The position numbers were made by a program, and so were the translations under genes. Positions 37,955 to 47,514 of a DNA stretch of 64,000 nt are shown one piece after another. Positions within the stretch are counted from its first letter, which is position 1, and each line of letters opens with the position of its first letter. Origin of the DNA: an uncultured delta proteobacterium. GTDB lineage: Bacteria; Desulfobacterota; Syntrophia; Syntrophales; UBA2192. Under the pieces are notes generated by a model. It ran no database searches and was not told where the DNA came from. It saw only the letters and a program-made list of their open reading frames with translations. The stretch covers positions 64,001 to 128,000 of the forward strand of contig CAVPJD010000011.1 of NCBI GenBank assembly GCA_963705165.1. The letters run 5' to 3'.

Positions 37955-40033
37955 ATGGCAGAAGACATCCGATGGGTAAAGACACACTGCGCACGCATGG
38001 ACCACGGGGGCTGCACGCTCCTGGTGGGGGTTCAGGATAACAAGATCGTCAAGATCAAGGGCGATCCGACAGGCTTTCTCAGCAAGGGCTACACCTGCAT
38101 CAAGGGGCTCGCCTCGGCGGACAAGCTCAACCACCCGGACAGGCTTCGTTACCCGCTGAAGCGCGTCGGCGGCCGCGGCGAAGGCAAATGGAAACGGATC
38201 CCCTGGGATGAGGCCCTGAAGACGGTGGCCGAGGGTCTGCTGAAGGTGAAGGAACAGTACGGCGCAAAAGGCGTCGCCTTCGGCGTGGGCATGCCCAAGG
38301 GGCTCGACCACTTTATACAGATCCGTCTGGCGAATCTCTTCGGCTCGCCCAACATCATCGCCTCCCAGGATGTCTGCCACGCCCCGCGTGAGATCACGGG
38401 AATGCACACCTGCGGGTTCTACCCCGTGGCGGATCTGCACTACGCGAGCAAACTCGTCGTCCTGTGGGGGAGCAACATCACCTCCACCAACGAGGAAGGC
38501 GAGATCTGCAGCATGCTGATGAAGCAGATCAAGGACGGTACAGAGATCATCGTCATCGACCCGCGGCGGATCGACCTGGCAAAGAAGGCCAAGCACTGGC
38601 TGCAGCTGCGGCCTGGCACGGACTCGGCGCTCGCCCTGGGGTTTCTCAACGTCATCATTGAAGAGGGCCTCTACGACAAAGAGTTCGTCGAGAAGTGGGC
38701 CCACGGCTTCGACGAGCTTGCCGCCCACGTGAAGAGCTACACACCGGAGAAGGTCTCCGAGATCACCTGGGTGCCGGCCGATACCATCCGCCAGGCCGCC
38801 CGGGCCTACGCTGCGGCAAAACCCGCGGCCATTCAGTGGGGAAACCCCATCGAGCACAACACGCAGACCTTCGAGACGACGCGGGCCCTGATCTGCCTCA
38901 TGGCGATCACGGGGAACCTCGATGTCCCCGGCGGAAACGTGGACCCCCGGGACCCCAAGATGCTGGGCCTGGCGCCCCTGGTTAGGGCCGATCTCATCCC
39001 CGACAAGCGCAAGGAGATGGTCGCCAACTTCCACGGCATCATTCCGCGCCTTATGACGAACGCGCCAGCCTACTTCCGGAAGGCGATCCTCGAGGACGTC
39101 CCCTACCCCATCCGGGGCGCCTACATGATGTGCTGCAACCCCATGCTCTCCTACGCCGACAGCCGTCTGACCTACGAGGCCTTCATGAAGCTCGACTTCC
39201 TTGCCGTTGCCGAGATCTTCATGACGCCCACGGCGGCCATGGCCGACATCGTGCTGCCGGCCGCGACCCAGTTCGAGTTCAACGACATCGGCCACATTGG
39301 CCTCGGCCACGGATACATCCTGGCCCGCCCCAAGGTGGTGGAGCCGCCCGATGAGTGCTGGCCCGACATCAAGATCATGAACGAGCTGGGCAAGCTCATG
39401 ACGCCGAAAGAGCTCTGGAAAGAGAACTTCGACGAGTTCGCCGAGGACGTGGTGAAGCCCGCGGGACTCACCTACGCGCAGTTCTGCGAGAAGGGCTACC
39501 TGAAGGGTCCCGAGCGGTTCAAGAAGTACGAGGAAAAGGGATTCGCAACACCGACGACCAAGGTGGAGCTGCGACTCAGCACCGCCGAGAAGTTCAAGCT
39601 CTCGCCGCTTCCCGTCTACAAGGGCCTGCCCGAGGCGGAGGACCCGGCATACCCGCTCGTTCTCACGAGCGCCAAGAGCCGCTACTTCCTTCATTCTTCG
39701 TACCGGTGGATCGAGAAGCTGCGCAAGCTCAACCCCGACCCGAGGCTGGAGATCCATCCGGAGACGGCCCGGAAGTTCGGCATCGCCGAGGGCGACAAGG
39801 TCCTCATCGAGACCCTCTACGGGAAGATCACCCAGATGGCCTATTTCAGCGAAGCACTCGATCCGCGCGTTCTGTGCGCCGCCCACGGCTGGTGGTTCCC
39901 CGAGGGCAAGCCGGAGACGCAGTACGACTGGCAGACGTCGAACTTCAACATGCTTACATCGGTCGGCAAGCTGGGAAAAGAGTATGGAACACCCAATCTG
40001 AAAGGACTTCCCTGCAGGGTGAGCAAGGCGTGA
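37955..40033 (+). CDS. Molybdopterin (DMSO reductase family) oxidoreductase, acetylene-hydratase-like, cytoplasmic
   Basis: N-terminal Fe-S motif, RLRYPLKR, WDEAL, IDPR, RPGTD, ADIVLPA, C-terminal Molydop_binding domain; no Tat signal. Confidence 0.9.
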   Translation: MAEDIRWVKTHCARMDHGGCTLLVGVQDNKIVKIKGDPTGFLSKGYTCIKGLASADKLNHPDRLRYPLKRVGGRGEGKWKRIPWDEALKTVAEGLLKVKEQYGAKGVAFGVGMPKGLDHFIQIRLANLFGSPNIIASQDVCHAPREITGMHTCGFYPVADLHYASKLVVLWGSNITSTNEEGEICSMLMKQIKDGTEIIVIDPRRIDLAKKAKHWLQLRPGTDSALALGFLNVIIEEGLYDKEFVEKWAHGFDELAAHVKSYTPEKVSEITWVPADTIRQAARAYAAAKPAAIQWGNPIEHNTQTFETTRALICLMAITGNLDVPGGNVDPRDPKMLGLAPLVRADLIPDKRKEMVANFHGIIPRLMTNAPAYFRKAILEDVPYPIRGAYMMCCNPMLSYADSRLTYEAFMKLDFLAVAEIFMTPTAAMADIVLPAATQFEFNDIGHIGLGHGYILARPKVVEPPDECWPDIKIMNELGKLMTPKELWKENFDEFAEDVVKPAGLTYAQFCEKGYLKGPERFKKYEEKGFATPTTKVELRLSTAEKFKLSPLPVYKGLPEAEDPAYPLVLTSAKSRYFLHSSYRWIEKLRKLNPDPRLEIHPETARKFGIAEGDKVLIETLYGKITQMAYFSEALDPRVLCAAHGWWFPEGKPETQYDWQTSNFNMLTSVGKLGKEYGTPNLKGLPCRVSKA

Positions 40034-40215
40034 AGAAGGGTATCGGGTATCGGGAATAGGGTATAGGGAAAGAAGCGGAAACAATCGTAATCAATAAAGG
40101 GCCCCGTCCGGATGCGGTATGTCTCTCGCGCTCCTTTCATCCTGGAGTCAACAAGACACCAATCGTCACAAGCATGCTTCCTTTCAAACGATAACTCGTG
40201 CCCGCTGGTGTCCGG

Positions 40216-40375
40216 TAGGGTGTTATCTGGAAACCAGATAACATCCTATAAGAAGAACTTTTGCATGCTTAACAAGTTGAATTGAACAACTTATTTCCAT
40301 CCTGGCACAGGAGTGATATATGGAAAAAGTAACGATTGGGCATATTATCAGGAAACCATATAAACATTGTTGGGC
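40216..40375 (+). other. attI-like integron attachment region
   Basis: 33-bp inverted repeat at 40216-40248; related TTATCWGGAAACCAKATAA at 40345-40363 abutting the core GTTGGGC (40369-40375). Confidence 0.45.
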
Positions 40376-40461
40376 AACTCGGGCAAACCGTGAGACTAGG
40401 TCGGCGCAACAGCTGCTGGCGAACGATTATCGAGCTAACGCATTTAATAAGGAGATTATTT

Positions 40462-42384
40462 ATGAACCGGAAGACATGGTTCATGATGGTCCTCGCCCTC
40501 TTCGCGCTACCGGACGCAGTACCGGCGCAGGAAGCCAGTCTGCAGGACTTCGTGAAGGCCATGCAGGCGCTGCCGCAGATCGTCATCTACCAGGCAAAGG
40601 AAATCGTCACCCTGGATCCGGCGAAACCGACCGTGCAGGCGGTGGCGGTGTTGGGAGACCGGATCATCGCAACCGGTGCTCTTGACGAGCTCAAAGCGGC
40701 GGCTGGCAAACAACCATACAGGGTTGACACGACTTTCTCGAACCAGGTTGTCGTCCCCGGCCTCATCGCCCAGCACGACCACCCGCTCCTCGCCGGGCTC
40801 ACGATGACGAGCGAAATCATCGCGATCGAGGATTGGGTCCTCCCGCGAGGCACATCGAAGGCAGCGAAGAACCGCGAAGAATACCTGAAGCGGTTGACCG
40901 AGGCGAACAGAAGGATGCAGGATCCGGACGCGGTGCTCCTCACCTGGGGCTACCACCAATCCTTCCACGGCAAGCTGAAGAAGACCGACCTCGATGCCAT
41001 CAGCGGCACCCGTCCCATCATCGTCTGGCACCGCTCCGCGCACGAGGTCTACCTGAACTCCGCGGCCGAGAAGAAGTACGGTGTGACCAGGCAGTGGTTC
41101 GACAATCTGCCCGACAGCGCAAAGAACCAGTCGGACTTTGCGAGCGGCCACTACTGGGAGCAGGGCGGGTTTGCCGTCTTACCCCTCATCTCCCCTGCGA
41201 TAGCGTCGCCCGAGCGCGTGCGGGCCGGCCTCGAGTTCGTCAAGGGCTACTACCACGCCAACGGCGTGACGCTGGGCTGCGAGCCGGGCGGCATCCTCTC
41301 CAAGCCGATGCAGGATGCCCAGAACGCCGTGCTGGGCGACTCCTCCTCTCCCTTCCGCTTCTACTTCATCCCTGACGGCAAGTCGATCACGGGTGCGTTC
41401 CCCGACGAGACGGTGGCCGGGGAGACCGAAAAGCTCCTTTCCTGGGGTCATGGGATGACGGCCTTCCTGCCGAAGCAGGTGAAGCTCTTCGCCGATGGCG
41501 CCATCTTCTCGCAGGCCATGCAGTTGACCGGCGGCTACACGGACGGCCACCTGGGCGCGTGGATGATGGACCCTGATTTCTTCGCCAGGTCGTTTAGGGT
41601 GTACTGGGACCACGGCTACCAGATCCACATCCATGTCAATGGTGATGCTGGCCTCGACATGGTCCTCGACCAGCTCGATCTCAGCATCCGCCATCAACCG
41701 CGGTCTGATCACCGCACCGTTGTTGTCCACTTTGCCGTAGCACGGCCGGATCAGGTGGATCGGATCAAGCGCCTCGGTGCGATCGTGAGCGGAAATCCCT
41801 ACTATCCGGTCGCTCTTGCCGACAACTACCGGACGAACGGCCTGGACCCCGAGCGCGCCGACATCATGGTGCGGATGGGTGATGTCGAGAGAGCCGGCAT
41901 CTCCTACTCATACCACGCGGACATGCCGATGGCCCCAGCTCAACCGCTGTTCCTCATGTGGGCGGGCGTCAACCGGATCACAAACGAAGGGAATGTCCGC
42001 GGGCCGGAGCAGCGCGTGAGCCGCCTCGGCGCGCTCAAGGCAGTCACGATAGAAGCCGCCTACTCGTTACGTATGGAGAAAGATGTCGGAAGCATCGTGC
42101 CGGGTAAGCTCGCGAACTTCACAGTCCTCTCCGACAACCCGGTCACGATTGATGCCATTAAGATCAAGGACATCAAGGTCTGGGGCACGGTCCACGAAGG
42201 CCGCGTCCTGCCGGTGAAGCGGGCGGCCGGGGCTAAGGAAACGTCCGTTTTCGGCCCAGTGCTCGACGAGCCAACGCTCGCGGCCAGGCTGGAAGCCGAC
42301 CGCGATGATCACGCGCGGGGCGTGCATAGCGACGCCTGCTTGGTGGCACAATACCTCGCGGCGGCGATCTACCGGGCTCAATAA
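40462..42384 (+). CDS. Exported amidohydrolase (Amidohydro_3/YtcJ-like), cassette-borne
   Basis: Signal peptide, PGLIAQHDH, KLFADG, HVNGD, GSIVPGKLANF. Confidence 0.88.
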   Translation: MNRKTWFMMVLALFALPDAVPAQEASLQDFVKAMQALPQIVIYQAKEIVTLDPAKPTVQAVAVLGDRIIATGALDELKAAAGKQPYRVDTTFSNQVVVPGLIAQHDHPLLAGLTMTSEIIAIEDWVLPRGTSKAAKNREEYLKRLTEANRRMQDPDAVLLTWGYHQSFHGKLKKTDLDAISGTRPIIVWHRSAHEVYLNSAAEKKYGVTRQWFDNLPDSAKNQSDFASGHYWEQGGFAVLPLISPAIASPERVRAGLEFVKGYYHANGVTLGCEPGGILSKPMQDAQNAVLGDSSSPFRFYFIPDGKSITGAFPDETVAGETEKLLSWGHGMTAFLPKQVKLFADGAIFSQAMQLTGGYTDGHLGAWMMDPDFFARSFRVYWDHGYQIHIHVNGDAGLDMVLDQLDLSIRHQPRSDHRTVVVHFAVARPDQVDRIKRLGAIVSGNPYYPVALADNYRTNGLDPERADIMVRMGDVERAGISYSYHADMPMAPAQPLFLMWAGVNRITNEGNVRGPEQRVSRLGALKAVTIEAAYSLRMEKDVGSIVPGKLANFTVLSDNPVTIDAIKIKDIKVWGTVHEGRVLPVKRAAGAKETSVFGPVLDEPTLAARLEADRDDHARGVHSDACLVAQYLAAAIYRAQ

Positions 42385-42395
42385 ACAGGCGTGCC

Positions 42396-42455
42396 TTCCA
42401 ACCATCTCATGCAGCGGACGCGGACAAACCGCGCCGCTGATGCGAGACGTTATGA
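42396..42455 (+). mobile_element. Integron attC recombination site (60 bp)
   Basis: R'' TTCCAAC, L'' CATGCAGC and L' GCTGATG with one extrahelical base, inner stem GG-A-CGCGG/CCGCG-CC, R' GTTATGA. Confidence 0.85.
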
Positions 42456-42519
42456 CGTGTCGGCAGTCACCCCTTGCAGGTGAAAATGGGGAAGAGCGGG
42501 GCAGCAGGGCTCTCCGATA

Positions 42520-43890
42520 CTACATGAGCCCGTACTTCTTGAGCTTCAGGTGCAGCGTGCGTCGTGTGATGCCGAGGCGGCGGGCTGTCTCGCTTTTATT
42601 TCCCCCCGATTCGTCAAGGGTCTTTAGAATCGTTGCCTTTTCCACTGCTTCCAGGGACGCGCCGTTTCCAGCGGCGGCGACGGCTGCCGGTCCGGAGGGC
42701 GCCTGCAGGGCTTGCGCCTCGAGGACGGGTGCCACATCCTCCTCGTCGAGCACGTCCGCACGGGTCAGTACGACCCCACGCTCCACAGTGTTCATCAGCT
42801 CCCGGACGTTTCCAGGCCAGGGGTAGCGCAGGAGGCGGTCCATGGCCCGGGGGGTGAATCCTTGCAGCGTCTTGCGGTTTCTCTCCGCGAAGAGCTTCAG
42901 AAAGTGCTGGGCCAGAAGCGGGATGTCCTCCCTGCGTTCCCGAAGCGGCGGCACTCGAAGGTTCACCACGTTGAGCCGGTAGTAGAGATCCTCCCGGAAC
43001 CGGCCTTCCGTGAGGGCCTTGAGCAGATCGCGGTTCGTCGCGGCAATAACGCGCACGTCGACCCGGATGAGTTCCTCGCCCCCCACGCGGGTGAACTCCC
43101 TCTCCTGCAGGACCCGCAGGAGCTTCACCTGCATGCCCAGCGACATCTCGCTCACCTCGTCGAGAAAAATCGTCCCCCTGTCGGCCTGCCTGAATTTGCC
43201 TTCCTTGCGCCGGTCGGCGCCGGTGAAGGAGCCCTTCTCGTGGCCGAAGAGCTCCGATTCCAGCAGCGTCTCCGTGATGGCGGCGCAGTTGATGCGGATG
43301 AAGGGACCTCCCTTGTGGGGGCTGTTGGTGTGGATGGCCCCGGCGATCATTTCCTTCCCGGTGCCCGATTCTCCGGTGACCAGGACCGTCGCCTCGGAGG
43401 GGGCTACCTGCGCCACCAGGTCCAGGAGCTTCGTCATGGCGGCGCTGCGGCCGATGAGGTTTCCACGGTCGAAGCGGGCGCCCAGGCTTTCCCGGAGAAC
43501 CCGGTTTTCCTCCTTCAGGTGCGTATGCTCCAGGGTCCGATCCATGGCAAGCCGCAGCTCGTCGAAGTCGAGGGGTTTTGTCAGGTAGTCGTAGGCCCCC
43601 TTCTTGAGGGCCTCGACGGCCGTTTCCACGGAGGCGTAGGCCGTCATGAGAATGACGGGCAGGGCGGGGTTGAACCGGCGGATCTCCTCGAGGGCCTCGA
43701 GCCCCGAGACGCGGACCATCCGGATGTCCATGAGGACAAGATCGAAGGGATCTTTCTGTACCGCCTCCACGGCCGCGGCGCCGTCGTCGGCCTCGCGGAC
43801 ATCATAACCCCAGCCGGTGATGAGCGTCTTGAGCATGGTTCGGTGGGCAAAGTCGTCATCAACGACGAGAATGGTGTTTTTCGCATTCAT
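42520..43890 (-). CDS. sigma54-dependent response regulator, ZraR-like
   Basis: REC, GESGTGKE, GSFTGA, HTH. Confidence 0.93.
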   Translation of the reverse strand: MNAKNTILVVDDDFAHRTMLKTLITGWGYDVREADDGAAAVEAVQKDPFDLVLMDIRMVRVSGLEALEEIRRFNPALPVILMTAYASVETAVEALKKGAYDYLTKPLDFDELRLAMDRTLEHTHLKEENRVLRESLGARFDRGNLIGRSAAMTKLLDLVAQVAPSEATVLVTGESGTGKEMIAGAIHTNSPHKGGPFIRINCAAITETLLESELFGHEKGSFTGADRRKEGKFRQADRGTIFLDEVSEMSLGMQVKLLRVLQEREFTRVGGEELIRVDVRVIAATNRDLLKALTEGRFREDLYYRLNVVNLRVPPLRERREDIPLLAQHFLKLFAERNRKTLQGFTPRAMDRLLRYPWPGNVRELMNTVERGVVLTRADVLDEEDVAPVLEAQALQAPSGPAAVAAAGNGASLEAVEKATILKTLDESGGNKSETARRLGITRRTLHLKLKKYGLM

Positions 43891-43918
43891 GGAAAATATC
43901 CTGTCTTCACGTGATCAG

Positions 43919-45628
43919 TCAGGAACGTGATTGCTCGATGGGCAGAAGGATCGTAAAGGTCGTGCCCTTCCCCGGCTCGCTCTCCAGGCGGATCTCGCCG
44001 CCGTGGACCTCGACGATCCGGTGAACGATGGCAAGCCCCAGCCCCGTCCCCGATGGTTTTGTCGTATAGTAGGGGTCGAAGACTCTCCCGATATCTTCCT
44101 TGCGGATCCCCGCACCCGTGTCGGTAACGCTCACCCGCAGGCTGCCCCCGTCGTGGCGGGTGACGCTCACGGACAGGACGCCTCCCCTGTCCGTGGCGGC
44201 CAGGGCATTCAGGAAGAGGTTGAGAAAGACCTGGGTCATCCGGTCCGGGTCGATGAAGGCATCCGGAAATCCGGAGGCAAGGTCTGCCTTTACGGTGATT
44301 CCCTTCTCGCGCGCCTGTCCCTCGACCGTGCGCAGGACGTGCCGCACCAGGCCCGCCAGATCCGTTGCCTTCCTTTTCAGCTCCATGGGCCGGGAAAATT
44401 CCAGCAGCTCGGTGATGACCCGGTTGAGGCGGTCGACCTCCTGGATCATGATGTCGGCCACCTTCACGTCGTCGGGCACCCCGTCATAACGCTGGCGAAA
44501 ATACGTGGCAAAGCCCTTGAGCGAGCTGAGCGGGTTGCGGATCTCGTGGGCCACACCCGCCGCAAGACTCCCGACAGCGGCGAGCCGCTGGCTGCGCTCC
44601 ACCTCCTTGCGCAGATGCTGCAGTTCAGAGAGGTCCCGAAGGAGGGCAATGCGGCCGATAAGCTCCCCTTCGTCGTCTCGCAGGACTGCCGCGATCACTT
44701 CCAGGGGGACCGTGCGACCCTCGCTGACCATGCACTCGAACTCTTTCTCCACAATCGGCCGCCCCGGCCCCAATTCCTTCAGCATGTCCAGGCATGCGAG
44801 GGGGAGGATCTCCGACGAGGGCTTCCCGATCGTGTCCGCCGATGAGCGGCCGAGCAGCCTTTCCGCCGTGTCGTTGAACACCACGATCCGCTCGCCGGAG
44901 TCGACGGCCACAAGCCCCACGGGCATGTGCTCCACGAGGCTGTCGGAGAGGGCCTTCACCCTCGTAAGCGAGGCCCGCGTTGACCGGTATCCCAGGGCAA
45001 GGAAGAGAGAGACGATACCGGCAAAGCCGATGAGCACGAGCACCGAGGCCGTGATGATCGTGTTCCACCTGTCCTGCTCATGAGCTGCCTGGACGGGTGC
45101 CATGTTGAGGCCCACGAAAATCACGTAGGACGCCCCCCGGGTCTGACCGTTGAATCCCCCATAGGGTTCCTCCCGGGGGGCAAACCGGCGATAGACCTCG
45201 AAGGTATCGGGGCCCTCGGTACCGGCGACGATTCTCCACTGTGCGGCACCCTGCCGGGAAAGAACCGCAAGGTCGAGATCCGTCCCGTAGGTATCACCGA
45301 CCATGCCCGGGTCGCTGTCGGCGAGGATTCTTCCCTCCGTGTCGGTGATGACGAAGTACTCCACGCCGGGCTGCTGAGCCGTCTCGATGAGCAGTTTCTG
45401 CAGTTGAAAGCTTCCCCAGTCCATCCCCTCGCCGGCCCTCGCACCCGCCTCGAAGGAACGGATCAGAGCCTCCCCCTTCTCGAGCAGCAGCCGGGTGCTC
45501 ATGTCCATGTGGCGGTTCACATTTTCCCAGGTGAAAAAAGCGAAAAGCGGGACCAGTACCGCCACGGCCCCCAGGATGACCCAGGGGGGGACGAGTAACC
45601 ATACCTTTTTTCTTTCAACTGCTACCAC
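43919..45628 (-). CDS. Membrane PAS sensor histidine kinase, ZraS-like
   Basis: 2 TM segments, LIRSFEAGAR, AHEIRNPLSS, GTGLGL. Confidence 0.9.
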   Translation of the reverse strand: MVAVERKKVWLLVPPWVILGAVAVLVPLFAFFTWENVNRHMDMSTRLLLEKGEALIRSFEAGARAGEGMDWGSFQLQKLLIETAQQPGVEYFVITDTEGRILADSDPGMVGDTYGTDLDLAVLSRQGAAQWRIVAGTEGPDTFEVYRRFAPREEPYGGFNGQTRGASYVIFVGLNMAPVQAAHEQDRWNTIITASVLVLIGFAGIVSLFLALGYRSTRASLTRVKALSDSLVEHMPVGLVAVDSGERIVVFNDTAERLLGRSSADTIGKPSSEILPLACLDMLKELGPGRPIVEKEFECMVSEGRTVPLEVIAAVLRDDEGELIGRIALLRDLSELQHLRKEVERSQRLAAVGSLAAGVAHEIRNPLSSLKGFATYFRQRYDGVPDDVKVADIMIQEVDRLNRVITELLEFSRPMELKRKATDLAGLVRHVLRTVEGQAREKGITVKADLASGFPDAFIDPDRMTQVFLNLFLNALAATDRGGVLSVSVTRHDGGSLRVSVTDTGAGIRKEDIGRVFDPYYTTKPSGTGLGLAIVHRIVEVHGGEIRLESEPGKGTTFTILLPIEQSRS

Positions 45629-45752
45629 TGGGTGCCTTCCTGCAACGCCGAGAATGGCTGGGCATGAAGTTAAGAAGTTGAGAAGGTAAGAAGTTCAGAA
45701 AAATAAGGGTCCCCTTTAGCCTTAGGCCCTATGCCCTGAGCCTTTAGCCCGT

Positions 45753-45805
45753 CACATGGATACTGCGTATCCATGTGTATACATCATCTGGATACATACT
45801 ATCCA
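45753..45805. promoter_or_regulatory. Tandem enhancer (UAS) sites TGGATA-N5-TATCCA
   Basis: 45757-45773 (inside an 11-bp-arm palindrome) and 45789-45805, 32 bp apart. Confidence 0.65.
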
Positions 45806-45892
45806 TATTTTTCTCATGGCTGGGAACGGGGCAGGTGGTTAAAATGACAATACAACAATCATAACATATACTTAAAACTAAACTATCCCTCC

Positions 45893-45907
45893 TGGCACGC
45901 TCGTTGC
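45893..45907 (+). promoter_or_regulatory. sigma54 promoter
   Basis: TGGCAC-GCTCG-TTGC consensus match. Confidence 0.85.
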
Positions 45908-45951
45908 CCTATGGTCTATGCAAGAAAGCAACTCCAAAGGAGAGTGAAACC

Positions 45952-46467
45952 ATGAAAAAGTTGATGATTGTAATGACAGCCCTTCTTCTCGTAACGGCCT
46001 TCGTGATGCCGGCCGACGCCATGCGCGGCGGCGGGAAGGGCCACGGATACGGCTTCTGCAATGGAAACGACCTTTCGGGCGTGCAGGGCCTCAACCTGAC
46101 GGCCGAGCAGAAGACGAAGATCGGCGATCTGCGGACCGCACACCTCAAGGACATCAAGCCCCTCCAGGACAAGATGCACAGCAAGGCGGGCGATCTGAGG
46201 CTCCTGTGGCTGGAAAAGAGCCCCGACGAGGCCAAGATCCGGGCCACGGAAAAAGAAGTTCGCGTGCTGCGCGACCAGATGCAGGATAAGGGCAGCGATT
46301 ACCGCTGGGCCGTCTACAAGTCCCTCACCCCGGAGCAGCAGGAGCTGCTGAAGCAGAACAGAGCGACGGGCCGCTGCTTCGGCGCCGGGCCCGCCGGCAA
46401 GGGCATGGGCGAAGGCCGCGGGACGGGTCACGGGATGGGCCACGGCATGGGCGGAAACATGAAGTAA
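45952..46467 (+). CDS. Spy/CpxP/ZraP-family periplasmic protein
   Basis: Signal peptide, LNLTAEQ and LTPEQ motifs, Gly/His/Met-rich tail. Confidence 0.88.
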   Translation: MKKLMIVMTALLLVTAFVMPADAMRGGGKGHGYGFCNGNDLSGVQGLNLTAEQKTKIGDLRTAHLKDIKPLQDKMHSKAGDLRLLWLEKSPDEAKIRATEKEVRVLRDQMQDKGSDYRWAVYKSLTPEQQELLKQNRATGRCFGAGPAGKGMGEGRGTGHGMGHGMGGNMK

Positions 46468-46509
46468 CCACCAGACGCGAGACCTTCTTCTTAGACACTT
46501 CCCCCTTCG

Positions 46510-46545
46510 GGATCACCCGGCAACCCTCCGCCGGGTGATCCTTTT
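46510..46545 (+). terminator. Intrinsic terminator
   Basis: GGATCACCCGGC...GCCGGGTGATCC-TTTT. Confidence 0.8.
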
Positions 46546-46689
46546 CACAGCTCCGAAATTTCCTGGACCCTGAACCCTTTACCCTTGACCCTTTTTAAAT
46601 TCATTTGACTTTTCCCGGCAAGCAGTTCAGAAACAACGGCAACCCTCTTTTCGGCCAAAATAGTCCGGCAGAGCGGAAATGACGGCAGC

Positions 46690-47352
46690 ATGAAAAAAGA
46701 CAATCTCGATGAGCAGCAGCTTCAATGGGACCGGGCCTACACCGCGGAGATGGATTTCTTCGGCGACGAGCCCAGCCTGGCGGCGCGGAGGGCTGCGGAC
46801 CGTTTCCTGGAAGGGGGTTGCAGTCTTCTGATGGAGCTTGGCGCGGGCCAGGGACGGGATACCCTGTTTTTTGCCGGCCTGGGATTGCGGGTCTACGCCC
46901 TGGAGTACAGCGAAAGCGGGCTCTGGGGGATCATCGACAAGGGGGTGAAGACGGAACTGGGCGAGATGATCTCGCCCGTTTTTCACGATCTTCGCAAGCC
47001 GCTGCCTTTCGGGGATGCCTCCATCGACGGCTGCTTCTCCCACATGCTCTACTGCATGGCCTTCAGTCGGGCGGAACTGGACTTCCTCAACGGGGAGATC
47101 CGACGGGTCCTCAAGCCGGGCGGTCTCAACATCTACACGGTCCGCCACAAGGGGGATGCCCACTACGGAAAGGGATCCCACCTCGGCGAAGACCTTTACG
47201 AAATGAATGGTTTTGTCGTACACTACTTCGACCGGGCCATGGTGGAGCACCTGGCCGGGGGGTTCGACCTCCTTGACATCGAGGAATTCGAGGAAGGCTC
47301 GCTCCCCAGAAAACTCTTCCAGGTCACCCTGCGAAAAAAAGGAGGAAGTTAG
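46690..47352 (+). CDS. Class I SAM-dependent methyltransferase
   Basis: ELGAGQGRD, LKPGG. Confidence 0.88.
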   Translation: MKKDNLDEQQLQWDRAYTAEMDFFGDEPSLAARRAADRFLEGGCSLLMELGAGQGRDTLFFAGLGLRVYALEYSESGLWGIIDKGVKTELGEMISPVFHDLRKPLPFGDASIDGCFSHMLYCMAFSRAELDFLNGEIRRVLKPGGLNIYTVRHKGDAHYGKGSHLGEDLYEMNGFVVHYFDRAMVEHLAGGFDLLDIEEFEEGSLPRKLFQVTLRKKGGS

Positions 47353-47514
47353 GAAGAGAAGAAGATCGGAAGAGCGGAAAATAGACATGCCGCCAGGTGG
47401 ACATCCGGAAATTCTCGGGCTTATTTTCCTAAGGCTCTTTTGAGACTGACCTCTGGAATAAGCTCGATTCAGACAAAAGCCAAGCTGGTACGAATCTTGA
47501 TGAGAAATACAGCC

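Noticed and set aside
40381..40420. GGCAAAC...CGCAA resembling a c-di-GMP-I riboswitch
   Set aside because: Lacks the GAAA-capped P2 stem and the P3 receptor helix
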